Source: Owenia fusiformis (taxonomy: Eukaryota). Taken from it: a stretch of DNA of 64,000 bases. Shown here one piece after another: positions 11,701-23,149 of the stretch (within the stretch, counting starts at the first letter, position 1; the number at the start of each line of letters is the position of its first letter). The notes below the pieces were generated by a model. That model saw nothing but the letters and a program-made list of their open reading frames with translations. It was not told the DNA's origin and made no database searches. Location of the stretch: the NCBI GenBank assembly GCA_903813345.2, contig CAIIXF020000001.1, forward strand, positions 11,904,001 through 11,968,000, given 5' to 3'. Made by a program: the position numbers and the translations under genes.

Positions 11701-14010
11701 AGCCAGTATCAATGTCAACTTGGAACTGGCCATCTTCTCGCCAGGACGTCTGAATAACCGTGCCACCAAACTCCCTGTTAATCATCTAAAAAATGACAGT
11801 AGTACAATATTAAGGAAAGTGGATCTTAAGGAAGCAATTTTTCATATCCTAAAGACTACAAGTATTAGTGCAGCACCTATTAAAACCTAACTGCCTCACT
11901 GATATGATGAAGGACATATAACATATGACATATAATATGATAAAGTGCAGGAATTAGTTGACACAGTTATTCTGATATTAATCAATACTATATTCAGAGT
12001 TAAGTGACTGTGTGTCCAATAACTGCGCAACAGTCTCATTTTCAGGCAACTATTACATTTCCATATATTAGATGGTTTCCAGATTGGGCCACTCATAAAC
12101 ATGTACATCACCTCGAAAAAGAAAACTACACACAGATACCAATTATTTCTCTCTTTTATTGTAAGTTTTAGAAAACTTCAGTAGTTAATTCTCAAAAGTA
12201 TGTCAAAACGTCAATAAAAAAGGTACAGTGAATGATTGTTTAAATGCTAAAGCATATTTTGACACATGCAAATATACTTTCAACAATACAGTTCCCAACT
12301 TTATGTATGTCTCAGTTATTACAATGCTAAGGATCTTATATATTGGTTAGGAAGCAAAGAAGTGGATAATAAATACCTGCATCCCATAGCAGATCCCAAG
12401 TACAGGCAGGCCACAGCGGAATATATCAGGGTCATATCTTGGAGCATCATCAGCATATACAGAGTTAGGGCCACCAGATATGATAATTGCACTATGTACG
12501 TAAAAGAATAATAATTTTAAATTAACACGAGATAATCTTTTTCATGACACAAATTAGGAGTTTTTATTTCTAATTATTAGCAACATGTAACCCATAGTAA
12601 CAATGATGTCATATATGATGCAAGTTGCTACGTATTGCATTATTATACACAAACAGAAAATATGGGTTCTCTTTTTTGGGTCATCCTGAATTACAGTGGA
12701 GTGATATTTAAAAATTCAAATCTTATTGGCTCGGAGAGACTTGCTATAATTCGAAACAGTCTTCAGAACTCCCATTAAAAGTGGGAAACATGAAGTTAAC
12801 ATACTGCTTTAATCACTCAGATCAAGGTATGAACAAGTTTCTCTTCTCAACCACTCTATTCAGCAAAATATATTTTCTGACGATGGCAATGAGATCAATC
12901 AGAATTTCAGTGATTAAAAATTACCTGAAACCATTTTCTTTGAGAGTAAATGCAGGAGTGTCCAAAGCGAGGATCTCTGTGTCAATCTTGAGTTCTCTAA
13001 CTTTCCTGTCAATCACCTATGAAAGCAAATAGTAAAGGTCAATAGCTGTATGGTCATCTTTTTTTAAACAACCCTAATAATTATATTATGAATAATTTAT
13101 ATTTCATAATGTATAATGTTAATGAGTGTTACTCAATCATTTTTGATGTTTATAATTCATAATCATATGTTATTTACAATTTTTCATTTTTCAATTTATT
13201 TATTAAACCATCATCCGATCATTGGGAATTAGGTACAACAATATAATAATATAATTTATTCCATAATAACAGTGAATAGAATTGATATTCAAGATATCCT
13301 GATCAGATCCCATATCAGCCAAAATTCCATATCAGAACTATTTATGTTTTTCGTTTAAAAAAATATTAATGGAATAAATAAGTATTGATGGTTGTGAAAG
13401 AATATTAATTGTTTCCTTGAGAAAATATATTGGCAAAAAATATCACATTGACACTTGGGCAATCACCCTGGGACAATGTGATATTTTCTTTGGCCAATAT
13501 CATATCCCAAAATAAGAATTATATTCCATCCCACCCATTAAAGTTGCAACAATTAGTGCAGAGGGGCCATTCAACGATCAGGGACCAGTGTCAAAATATA
13601 TTTAAGTTTGGATATTTCATCAAGACTTACATCTATTTTTATTATCTACAAAGAAACCACCTAGATAAACATCAGCTGATATTCCTCTTGAAACATTGAA
13701 ACATGGTGGATCTTAAAAATGTAAAAATTGATTTCCTCTTTTTGAAGCTTTGAAGAAATTGATAGTTTATCCATACATTTTAAGAAAATAGGTATGTCAA
13801 AGAAGATGTTAAGCCAAATGTTGCCTTGATAGCTCAGAAAATTTAGAATTTTCCTATTTTCTCTGTACAGGCCTTGTTGCCCCTTTAAATAACCTCTATT
13901 TATCATCCTACCTTTCCGTACTGAGCACCAGCATCCAAAATTGCAACCTTCTCCATCCCTTCTGTGGTACCATTAACTTCGATACTCTCTCCATTCCCGT
14001 TCCCGTTCAT
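2726..14010 (-). CDS. GMPS: GMP synthase [glutamine-hydrolysing], ~687 aa, 15 coding exons
   Basis: GT-AG, phase-consistent exons in transcript order: 13912-14010, 12925-13016, 12377-12491, [11688-11785 or 10696-10793], 10335-10438, 8923-9116, 8512-8677, 7063-7214, 6659-6719, 6179-6397, 4839-4954, 4331-4456, 3741-3856, 3122-3425, 2726-2827 (2064 nt). Motifs [70 protein letters not shown]. Confidence 0.97.
4186..4314 (+). repeat. Short dispersed repeat (~130 bp) with a terminal hairpin; other copies at ~6775-6915 (+) and ~27712-27852, ~30912-31035, ~51870-51990 (-)
   Basis: Shared gcattaacatgcaaaatg(t/c)caccac ... aaaaagttggagact(a/t)taacaatatgtcaccacttgtggtggtgac; the 3' end is an inverted repeat. 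Confidence 0.8.
4526..4654. mobile_element. Small MITE-like element
   Basis: gtactaaacagacct ... aggtctggtttaaatac form imperfect terminal inverted repeats. Confidence 0.5.
5097..5834 (+). mobile_element. Helentron/HINE-like non-autonomous element with internal tandem repeats (family A)
   Basis: Starts actagaaaaacagcaactccacggag; internal ~130-140-bp units containing aaaatggccgccat; ends ttcgttcggtgggataat. Reverse-oriented relative at 43068-43977. Superfamily inferred from structure only. Confidence 0.7.
7261..8279. mobile_element. hAT-type MITE
   Basis: TIRs tagaggtgtcaa / ttgacaccacta; 8-bp TSD ttgcatac (7253-7260, 8280-8287); subterminal ttaaccgg repeats. Confidence 0.9.
9215..10163 (+). 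mobile_element. Helentron/HINE-like element with GGAC microsatellite and 3' hairpin
   Basis: Starts actagaaa; tgaccttga motifs; (ggac)n at 10068-10125; terminal hairpin ggctcactgtgtgagcc; directly followed by a remnant of the family A 5' end (10164-10205). Confidence 0.65.
10696..10793 (-). CDS. GMPS: GMPS alternative coding exon 4b (putative mutually exclusive with 4a)
   Basis: acactag|TTG ATG AAT CAT ... CTC TAC AG|gtaaat; 98 nt; encodes [32 protein letters not shown](R). Confidence 0.88.
11308..11626. repeat. 70/72-bp minisatellite, ~4.5 copies, between GMPS exons 4a and 4b
   Basis: ggccttatctgtatatttccaacatagttcaaaaagggatgtgatgttaaacatatattaaactttgaat units start at 11311, 11381, 11451, 11523, 11593. 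Confidence 0.92.
11688..11785 (-). CDS. GMPS: GMPS alternative coding exon 4a (putative mutually exclusive with 4b)
   Basis: ttttttag|ATG ATT AAC AGG ... TTG TTT AA|gtaggt; 98 nt; encodes [32 protein letters not shown](K), with the same length and phases as 4b. Confidence 0.88.
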
Positions 14011-14317
14011 CGTTTCTTACTACCTTTAAATAAATGTTAATAATTTGATTAGTGATTTATTAATCTGTTATTGGTCAGGTATCTATGACGAGTTTTGAAA
14101 CTCATTCACTTATTTTTATCTGTAAATGCTATTTTTGAGATTGACGTTTGAGTGATATATAACATCAAAAATACCTAATTTTGAGATTTGTAATGAATGT
14201 ACAATGCATTGGTGATAATTGCCATGTGTAAATGGAGTAAAACAAACATGTATGAATGAACCTGTATATTGGATTGTATATTATAATACACAGAAACCTG
14301 TAAATTGAAACACCTTA

Positions 14318-15975
14318 ACTAGACAACAGCAACGCCAAAGCGTAGCAAGTCCCACGAACAGCCATGACTGGCATTTTTACAAACAAAGTATATAGCAAAA
14401 ATGGCAGCCATTTTTAAAAATGGCCACCCTCTACCAAAAGTGTCATTAGACAGTGTGCCATGCTTATAGTATTCGCATTCCAAATATGAACAAAATCGCT
14501 CGCCTACTTTTCGCGTTATAGTAAAATATGTTAAAATGGTGGCCATTTTTCAAAATGGCCGCCTTTTACCAAATGTGTCATTAGACAGACGTGCTATGCT
14601 TATAGTATTCCCACACTAAATATGAAAAAATCGCTCCACTACTTTTCGAGTTATAGTAAAATACGTTAAAATGGCGGCCGCCTTTTACCAAAAGTTTCAT
14701 TAGACAGTGTGCCATGCTTATACAGGGTGTCAAATGGTGTTGTGCCCCCCCTCCACAGCATAAACTACGAAAGATACACACACATACCATATACCATTGG
14801 AAAGAGCATTTAAGTGTTGTTAACATGTGAAAAGATGAAAATGCATGATGGAAAATAAGATATATTTTTAACTTACTTTTAAAAGTGAGTATGACCCCAT
14901 TGGGCAGCCTTAACCGCTACCAATCTAGCCGGATATGAAGCTAAGAGGGAATGGAAAGGGGCTGTGTCTTTCTCAAGAGATTTTAATACTTTTCAGAGGT
15001 TCTTGAGCAGGGCATCTTTGGAATACCTGTTCTCTGCAGCTTCAGTGTCCATAAGTTGCTCTGTTTTATCCATTTATATAGACCCCATGTGCTCTGCAGC
15101 ATTCAGGTCAGGGCTGTTGCTCGGGTATTCATCAATACCAAAAAAAGTCTATGCCAGATTCTCAAAAATCAATGAAATAGAGCACTACACTAGTACATTT
15201 CAAATGCATGTGACACTCTGTAGCAATATCTGACCTAAGTCATCTAGGGTTTATTTTATCCAGAATTGAATGCTCTTTCCAATGACATACATAATGTGTA
15301 GGTACCTTTCTAAGTTTATGCTGTGGAAGGGGGGCACAACGCCATTTGACACCCTGTAGTATTCATATACCAAATATGAACAAAATCACTCCCCTACTTT
15401 TCAAGTTATAGTAAAATACGTTAAAATGGCGGCCATTTTTCAAAATGGCCACCTTCTACCAAAAGTGCCATTAGACAGTGTGCCATGCTTACACTATTCA
15501 CATACCAAATATGAACAAAATTCCACCACTAATTTTCGTATTATAGTAAAATACGTTAAAATGGTGGCTATTTTTCAAAACCAAATATGAACAAAATCGC
15601 TGTACTTCTTTTTGAGTTATAGCAAAAATCGTAAAATAACGAGTAAAGGCCGCCAGTTTTCAAGATGGCTGCCATGTGCTTCTTTAATATCTACATTTCT
15701 AGCTTTATTAATGTCCTATATAATTTCTTTACATTTAAAACATATTGCTATTACAGTTTTACATATTGCACCTAAATTACTGTAAAATCTGCATTAAAAT
15801 GGCCGCCATTTTTAAATGAGCGGCCATTTTGAAAATCGGCTTTCGGGCAGAACTTCTACCCCCATACGGTATATGTGTACAAAATATGAACAAAATCGGG
15901 CCATCGGTATTTGAGTTACGGACGGATGGACGGAGGCGTTCCCTATATCCCTCCGAACTTTGTTCGATATGATAA
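14318..15975 (+). mobile_element. Helentron/HINE-like element (family B) with a nested MITE
   Basis: Starts actagacaacagcaacgccaaagcgtagc; ~120-bp internal units with aaaatggcggccattt; ends ggacggatggacgg...ccctccgaactttgttcgat. Closely similar reverse copy at 58429-59476. Confidence 0.75.
14723..15356. mobile_element. Tc1/mariner-type MITE nested in the family B element
   Basis: TIRs cagggtgtcaaatggtgttgtgcccccc / ggggggcacaacgccatttgacaccctg; TA duplication interrupting the host motif gccatgcttata|gtattc. Confidence 0.88.
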
Positions 15976-15977
15976 TA

Positions 15978-16641
15978 AGTAGAATACTTTACAGAGTCCA
16001 AAGACCAACTGACTTTGTGTAAAATGAACCTTCATAAGTAGAACACCTCTGTTAGTGGAACACTTTACAGAGTCCCAAGACCAACAGACTTCATGTAAAA
16101 TGAACCTTTATAAGTAGAACACCTCTGTTAGTAGAACACTTTACAGAGTCCAAAGACCAACTGACTTCCTGTAAAATGAACCTTCATAAGTAGAACACCT
16201 CTGTTAGTGGAACACTTTACAGAGTCCCAAGACCAACTGACTTCATGTAAAATGAACCTTTATAAGTAGAACACCTCTGTTAGTGGAACACTTTACAGAG
16301 TCCCAAGACCAACAGACTTCATGTAAAATGAACCTTTATAAGTTGTAGAACATCTCTGTTAGTGGAACACTTTACAGAGTCCCAAGACCAATAGACTTCA
16401 TGTAAAATGAACCTTTATAAGTAGAACACCTCTGTTAGTGGAACACTTTACAGAGTCCCAAGACCAACAGACTTCATGTAAAATGAACCTCTATACGTAG
16501 AACACCTCTGTTAGTGGAACACTTTACAGAGTCCCAAGACCAACTGACTTAATGTTAAATGGACCTCTTTAATTGGAACACCTGTTAGTAGAACACTTTT
16601 TAAAGGTAGCAAAGATACTCCACTTAGACAGGTTTTACTGT
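15978..16641. repeat. 76-bp tandem array (~8 copies) ending in a MITE-like terminus
   Basis: acagagtcccaagaccaactgacttcatgtaaaatgaacctttataagtagaacacctctgttagtggaacacttt repeated; ends aggttttactgta, like the tacagtgaaacct family at 50578-50766 and ending at 33735. Confidence 0.9.
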
Positions 16642-18522
16642 AGCTGTCATATTACATGTATTTTCATCATAAATAATCTTGAAATACTTTAATTCATAAA
16701 GGTACGTAAGCAACATTAATAACAATTATCTGTCATATTCCTCACTCTCTGATGGGTCCATGTCTTACATGTGACTAAGATGAAAAAGCGATATTCAACA
16801 GAAGCCAGGTGACCGTTAAATATTACACAAATATTGAATTCTGTTGAGTTGAATATCTGTATTTATTAAGTCATTGAAATGTTTCTCGCTTTCTCATTGG
16901 ATAAGAACCGATCACATGATTAAAAATATTAGGGTGTATTTCATTGTTTCCTTCAGACTCCAGCCGCAGCCTCGTTTTCAACTGTATATACCACGATGTA
17001 TATACCACAGAGTATATACCACGGTAGAAAGTCCCGGATGTTATGTTTTTGTTATGATGTCACAACAATATTGTAGAAAATACTTGGATACGCACAGCAA
17101 GAAAACTTCATCGTTATGACGTCACAGCTTACATATGTATATTTGTAGTATGAGCATGGGTACTCATAGCAATTGTGCATCCATTGCCATGTTCTTGATG
17201 TTTATAAACAAGTGATGTCACAAGTCATCCTGCACGTGTGACTTTTGAGGATGAAAGATGGCAATATTTTGCATCTAAGAGTGGCTGTAGTTAGAGTGGT
17301 TATTCTGACGAGCACATGTATTGTATCTATGTGTTAAATGGTTAAAAGAAATACACTTAATTTCTAGAACATTTAAATAATATAATAAATCAAATATTCC
17401 ATTCTATTTTCGGTGAATATATGTCCATCTTTCCCTCAGGTAAATATGCTGAGGGAAAGATGAACATGTATTCACCTCAATAGAATGGAATATTTGGTAT
17501 ATATTTCTGAAGGTGTATTCACCGCAACCCGAAGGGCGAGGTGAATACATCTCTAGGAAATACATACATTTTAAAAAGACCAATTCAAGGAATGTTTTAT
17601 CCATTTACTTAGGGAGGAAAAACAAAAGGAAGTATATTAGCCCTTACAGAAATTGCTCACATGCAAGTCTGATAATGATATAGGGTGAAGGGTAGTATGT
17701 ATCCAACAAACTGACTAGAAGTCAGTCTGTTATGATATACTATAGTCCTGTGGAAATTGCAGTGAACTTCTTTGCACAAAATCATCAATTTGATGAAGCA
17801 TTAGTTCACAAAAATAAACATTATAACATTTCAATTAAGTAGTAAGGTATAATTAAATGCAATAAAAAGTAACACAGCATATTGTCAAGTGGAAATAAAG
17901 CTAAATGAAGTAACAAATATGCAAATTAGTTTACTCCATCGGCCATTTTGAATAGCACTTCCTATCTAAACAAATATTTTGAATTACCAAATCTTAAAGG
18001 GACTTTAAAATACTTAAGAGGCTAAAATGAGGGATTACAAGAAATACTCCTCAAGAAAACAGTCCTACCTTTCTATGAGAATGGGTTCAGGTGCCAAAAA
18101 CAGCTGATTTATGGATATATATCATTTTAAAAATTGGAAGCAAGATATTCTTTTTGGAGGCCATGTTTTTTCTACTGTCATGACAGGAAATAGATTATCA
18201 AAACGAAAACTTAATTAACATCATTAATTCTGAATTTGGCTTAGAACACTTACTCAGTTATGTATTCTAATATTTTTAGCATGATTATTGACTATTTTTT
18301 TAAAATCATTATGTTGTAGAAAAAATATTTTCAAAAAATAACAATCTACATGTAAATTATTAAAATTACTCCTACTAATCAAGCTGAGGTCGTGGTTAAA
18401 GCATCAGACTTATGAATACATTTTTCTAGGTTTGAATCCCGGCCATGGGAAATCTTTTTCTTTTTTTTCTTTATTTCGTAGCCTGAGCCACTATATATAT
18501 TTTTTATCTCATTTTAATTTAA

Positions 18523-18813
18523 CCTCTTGACTACCCAGAATGACGAGATTTCTCGTCACCTCAGAAATGACCTTGAAACCCAGAGGGACGAGAAAATCCG
18601 TCACAAAATTGTTCACAAAAAGTGCTCTTATTTGAACAATTTTCACCCAATTTACACAAAAATCATTTTAAAACGTGTAGAAATGATCTCTGCCATCTAA
18701 TTTTACTAAGTTGAGCATCTAAAGTTGTAAAGGTATGTAGTAAAATGTCAAAAGGTGGCAAAAATGAAAAATTCTCTGGTTTCAACCAATTTTAAAGCCT
18801 GGAATTCAAGAGG
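18523..18813. mobile_element. piggyBac-like MITE
   Basis: TTAA|cctcttga ... tcaagagg|TTAA, with an internal inverted pair gacgagatttctcgtc. Confidence 0.8.
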
Positions 18814-18899
18814 TTAACACAGTGTCAATATTATTTATTACTTTTTGGGGTTTATAATATAGGTAAAATGTCTGCGTGTGGCTTTAACATAGGTTGTAG

Positions 18900-20530
18900 T
18901 CTAGGGTTTACTATATTAGCACATAGCCATCTTTAGATAGATGGCTATGCATATGTTGAAATTCCCAGCCTATGTTAAAGGTCTTTAACAAAAATGTAAG
19001 AAATCTTGGAAACATTTAACCTACTTCATTCGATGCAGAACATTCTAAAGTATCGTTTTCCTGACCATATCACGCAATCCTGAGTCAGGAAACAGTGTAA
19101 TTGACAAAAAATGTATTTGGGACTTCTCATGGCATGGAGGCGCATTACCCAACTTCCTGAAAAGCCATCTTGAAAATGATCAACTCTTCAACATTTCTCT
19201 TCAATATATTTCCTCTTCCACTCCAGATAGCCCGATATGGTAAGAAAAACGATACTTGTACAAGTGCATCGATTGAAGTAGGGACAGGCCTCGAAATTAG
19301 CGTTGCGAAGGTAGCGATTCGCTACCTGTTTTCCCAGAACACTACTTGTCATTTCCTCCAATTAGCTAACTTCGCTAGTTCCAAACAGCCCCCGGAAACA
19401 GCCAGACCCGAAGATTTGGTAAGAAAAAAGATCGAACTTCCGAGAAATGAAGTGAGCGATAATAGAGTACTCACACTAAAAAGTGATAAAAATGACACAT
19501 GTTGTAATTCGATGCATCCTCCCGATAAATATGCATCAGTGGGTCCTTTTAACACAATTTTAAACTAATATTATCTCAAAATAGGCTGAAATGAATGAAA
19601 GAAATGTTCAAATTTAGAGTCGTTTCCGCATTTAACCAAGTAGTCTTTTGCGCAGCTTTTTTGCGCATGTCAACATGACAGTCAAGGTCATGAACTTTAG
19701 TTTGACGTTTCCTCTTTCTTTCTAACATTTCTCGTTATTCTTACGACTTTTACATGGAAAATGACGATCTATCATTAAACAAATAGCTTTCAGTATAATA
19801 TCAGATCGATATCGAACGGTCTCTAGCGGAAATAATAAAGATAATCGGGGAGAACATATCATTCAATTCGCGGGGCTCCGCTAGGGAATTCTGCAATATT
19901 TTTTACTGATTTTATTTGTTTATTGATTCTTGGTTCATTTAGCGATCTTTACCGTAAACTCTCCAATAACAATCCATTCCATTATTATACTCCGTTCTGA
20001 TGTTGCAAGTTAGTCATATTTGGCAAGAAAACTTTGCCATACATGAAATTCCCGGGGATTTTTTACTTCTTCCATATATCTAATAGAGTGCAGTGTTCTC
20101 CCCAGGATTTTATCTCAAGTGGGTGCAAAATTCTTATTTCACAATTTAGACCAAAATTGGAAAAATATGCCTATTTTTCACGTTTTTCTCATTTTCAAGT
20201 AGGTGCAAATTGATTCTCAGGTGGGTGCATGCATATTACCAAAATCTCAAGTGGGTGCTGCTGGGGAGATCACTACAGTGTAATATCTTATTATTGCGCT
20301 GGTAAGTCATAAGAATAAAGATCGAAATCTTCACTATCTGGTTCTCTCAAATAGCTACCTGGAAAATTCACTAAGTAGTGAAACAACTACCTGATAAAAA
20401 AAGTTAAGCGCGAGGCCTGCGTTACCAAGATTTCTTACATTTTTACCAAATACCTTTATAAAGGACTGGGAATATCAACATATATTCTCAGGAGATAGCT
20501 TTGTGCAAACTAAGTAAGTCTAGGGTGAAG
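18900..20530. mobile_element. Degenerate DNA transposon with ~110-bp imperfect TIRs; boundaries approximate
   Basis: atatgttgaaattcccag...aaaaatgtaagaaatcttgg (18951-19009) is the reverse complement of ccaagatttcttacattttt...ctgggaatatcaacatat (20425-20484). Confidence 0.6.
20091..20276 (+). mobile_element. Short hAT-like MITE; second copy at 28605-28809
   Basis: cagtgttctccccagg ... ctggggagatcact termini and repeated tctca(a/g)gtgggtgc, shared by both copies. Confidence 0.75.
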
Positions 20531-21340
20531 GGTATAATGTTGACACTATTTCGTTTCAATTTGGGGTAACTTTATCATATGAGGTAACTTCGATACCTTG
20601 TTTGTATTTGCTCTAATTTCCGTTCAAGGGGGAAGCACAGGAATTCGTCTAGAAGGAAAAAGAAGTCAATAGAGCAAGCCTTGACTCACAATGAGATGGA
20701 GAAACTTGAGTTCTGACACCATAATAGTGATATTTTAAAAAAAAGAAGTAAAAATGACAAGTTTTTCAAAAAACAAATCATATATCTGTTATCCAAATTT
20801 AAATGCTCGTTTTATGCTGTATTTTTTTCAGCTGTTACTTACCCGATTTTCCAGATCATTCACTTATATTGACAACTTCCTATTGTTGTTGAAAATTATA
20901 TCCTTTCCGTTCGAAATTTACTTATTTTTCAGAAATATCCATCTAAACAAAAACATCATAACATTCATAGATTTCGCCATTGTATTGACCCGGATGAAGG
21001 GCCCCGGATGTACTATACTCCCATACGTAGAATTGCGGACAATATTAGACTCTGCTCGTACCACGTGATTTGGAAATCAAGAGAAAGTGATTGGTTGCAC
21101 TGCGCGTATTAATCGATAACCCCAAGTGCAGTGAACTAATATCAACAAAACTTTGACTTAAATTTCTTTTCACGAGATTTCATCATGAATTTTGATTTGG
21201 AAACCTAAAAAACTCAATATTTCATAATTATATCTTAAAATAAAATTGAATTCATCGACGTTAAAAGGGGGACTACATTCAACAATTTTTGATTATTCAT
21301 TCTGATTGCCGCAGTGTTTATACTAAGACACTGCCATGCC

Positions 21341-21740
21341 AGGCCTGTCAACTTGGGAACACCCAGCATGAGTGACTTGAAAATGTTGAACACCTCCCCT
21401 CAAAATGTGGACACCTTGGTCCAAATCTGAACACCTTGATTCAAATTTTGAACACCTTGGTTTAAATTTTACGAATATTTTCGAACAGAATGCGTGACAT
21501 ATACGTAATTCGCGTGAAAAGTCCGAACAAAATGCGTACATTTTTTTCCGGCGTTCGTATTTTGGCTGTGTAGACGATCTTTTTTAGAAATTTTTCTACA
21601 GAAATATTTTTGCTTGACAATTACCAGGTAAAATGCGTATTTGCGTGACATTTTCTGTCACGCAAAAATAACTGGCGTGACTTCAAATTCTTCAGCAAAT
21701 GCGTGACAAATACGCAAATTGCGTGACAGTTGACAGGCCT
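21341..21740. mobile_element. hAT-type MITE
   Basis: aggcctgtcaact / agttgacaggcct TIRs flanked by the 8-bp direct repeat gccatgcc. Confidence 0.85.
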
Positions 21741-22151
21741 GCCATGCCTTTCAACAATTTTCGTTCAGTGCAGTCGTGCTTATTTCCAACATGTCTAAAT
21801 TGAAAAAAAATTGAAAATTTCATTTCTAAGTATATTACTAAACGCAACACATATTGTGACACATATTGAACTATAGCAGCACAGGATATTATAAAGCAAC
21901 TATCGATCAACAAGTTTCATAAAAATAGGTACATGTAAGTAAACATCATGAAACGACAAGATAGCGAAATTTTTCTAATAAAGCAAAAGTTGGAACTTTT
22001 GTTTTGGAACTTTTGTTTTCTTACAAATTTTTCAGAAAAATATCCTTCTAGAACTTTCGACTTGTATGACTCTGATCGCATCAGCATTGAGAGCATTCTT
22101 TTGCCTGTACGATTACAACTTGGGAGAATTATCTACGCCCCTTACACTTAA

Positions 22152-22491
22152 GATACCTGTACTTCAATTGATTCCTGGGTATTTCAGCATTCTTTTCGTG
22201 TAGTTGAATCCACAATTGTATGGGTATATCGGCAGAACGGGAACATTTTTCTTTTTCATCGAGAGATATTCCATCACTTTCCAAGATGGCAGTTGGATTT
22301 AAAAGGGATTCCCCGTTTGACTGACCCGGAAGCACCAAAAATGGAGGAATTTGACGGTTGCAATAAGTTAAATATTACACGCAAATAGTGAGATTAAAAA
22401 CAAAAATTTCTTTGTTCTGCCGATAAACCCAGACAATTATTGTGGACTACAAGAATGCTAAAATACCAAGGAATCTATTGAAATAGGTATC
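22152..22491. mobile_element. TTAA-flanked MITE (Kolobok-like)
   Basis: TTAA|gatacctgtacttcaattgattcctgggtatttcagcattctt ... aagaatgctaaaataccaaggaatctattgaaataggtatc|TTAA. Confidence 0.75.
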
Positions 22492-23149
22492 TTAAGTCTC
22501 TCACAACTGCCGGCGGACCCGTACGCCCAATTTCAAACTTTTAAAAACTTTACTTTTTCGCCCCATTCGAATTGTCCAATTAGATTGCCCGATTTATTCA
22601 GTGCCTAACATGACTTCCTGTTGACCTAAAAATGGCGATATTTCGAAAAATAATTCTCAATTCAACAATTTAAACAGTGTTTTAGTCGTGTTAAGTGAAC
22701 AAATCGTACAAAATGGCGGACAAATATGATCACAACGAAAATGTGGAGGAAATGGACTACGATTTCAACTCTTTAGGCTCTTGGAAGCCGATAATGGTCA
22801 TCGAAAATAGAAACTAGAATATTTTCTGAATTGAAAAATTGAACATTCGATCGCTGCAAATTCAGATTTGAATTCTGACCAGACGAAGGGGCGGAGCGGC
22901 GGATTTCGGAGGAGTATTCATGGTATATTTATGCCCAGTCATGTTATTGTACGAAAAATATTTATAAGAACATTTTTTTCATGAGCCAGGCCACTGTATC
23001 TTCCCTTTGTGAAAATTTTATCCAGATTCATTCTGTAGTTATTGAGATATTAATTATTTAGTCCAGGCATATCATTTTTGCACTCTTTGAAAAAGAAGCC
23101 AGATGCGTGGGATATATTTGCTGAAATAAGGCAGCATGGTAAAGGTTAA

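Noticed and set aside
10650-11905. Docking/selector RNA pairing controlling the GMPS exon choice
   Set aside because: Only 6-8-bp complementary words (aggcag/ctgcct) were visible by eye, which is not significant without comparative covariation analysis.
18380-18450. tRNA-like A/B-box sequence (gtggttaaagc ... ggtttgaatccc)
   Set aside because: No cloverleaf; at most a decayed tRNA-derived SINE head.
19170-19568. 132-aa ORF inside an inverted-repeat element
   Set aside because: No recognisable transposase or other motif and a non-ATG start.
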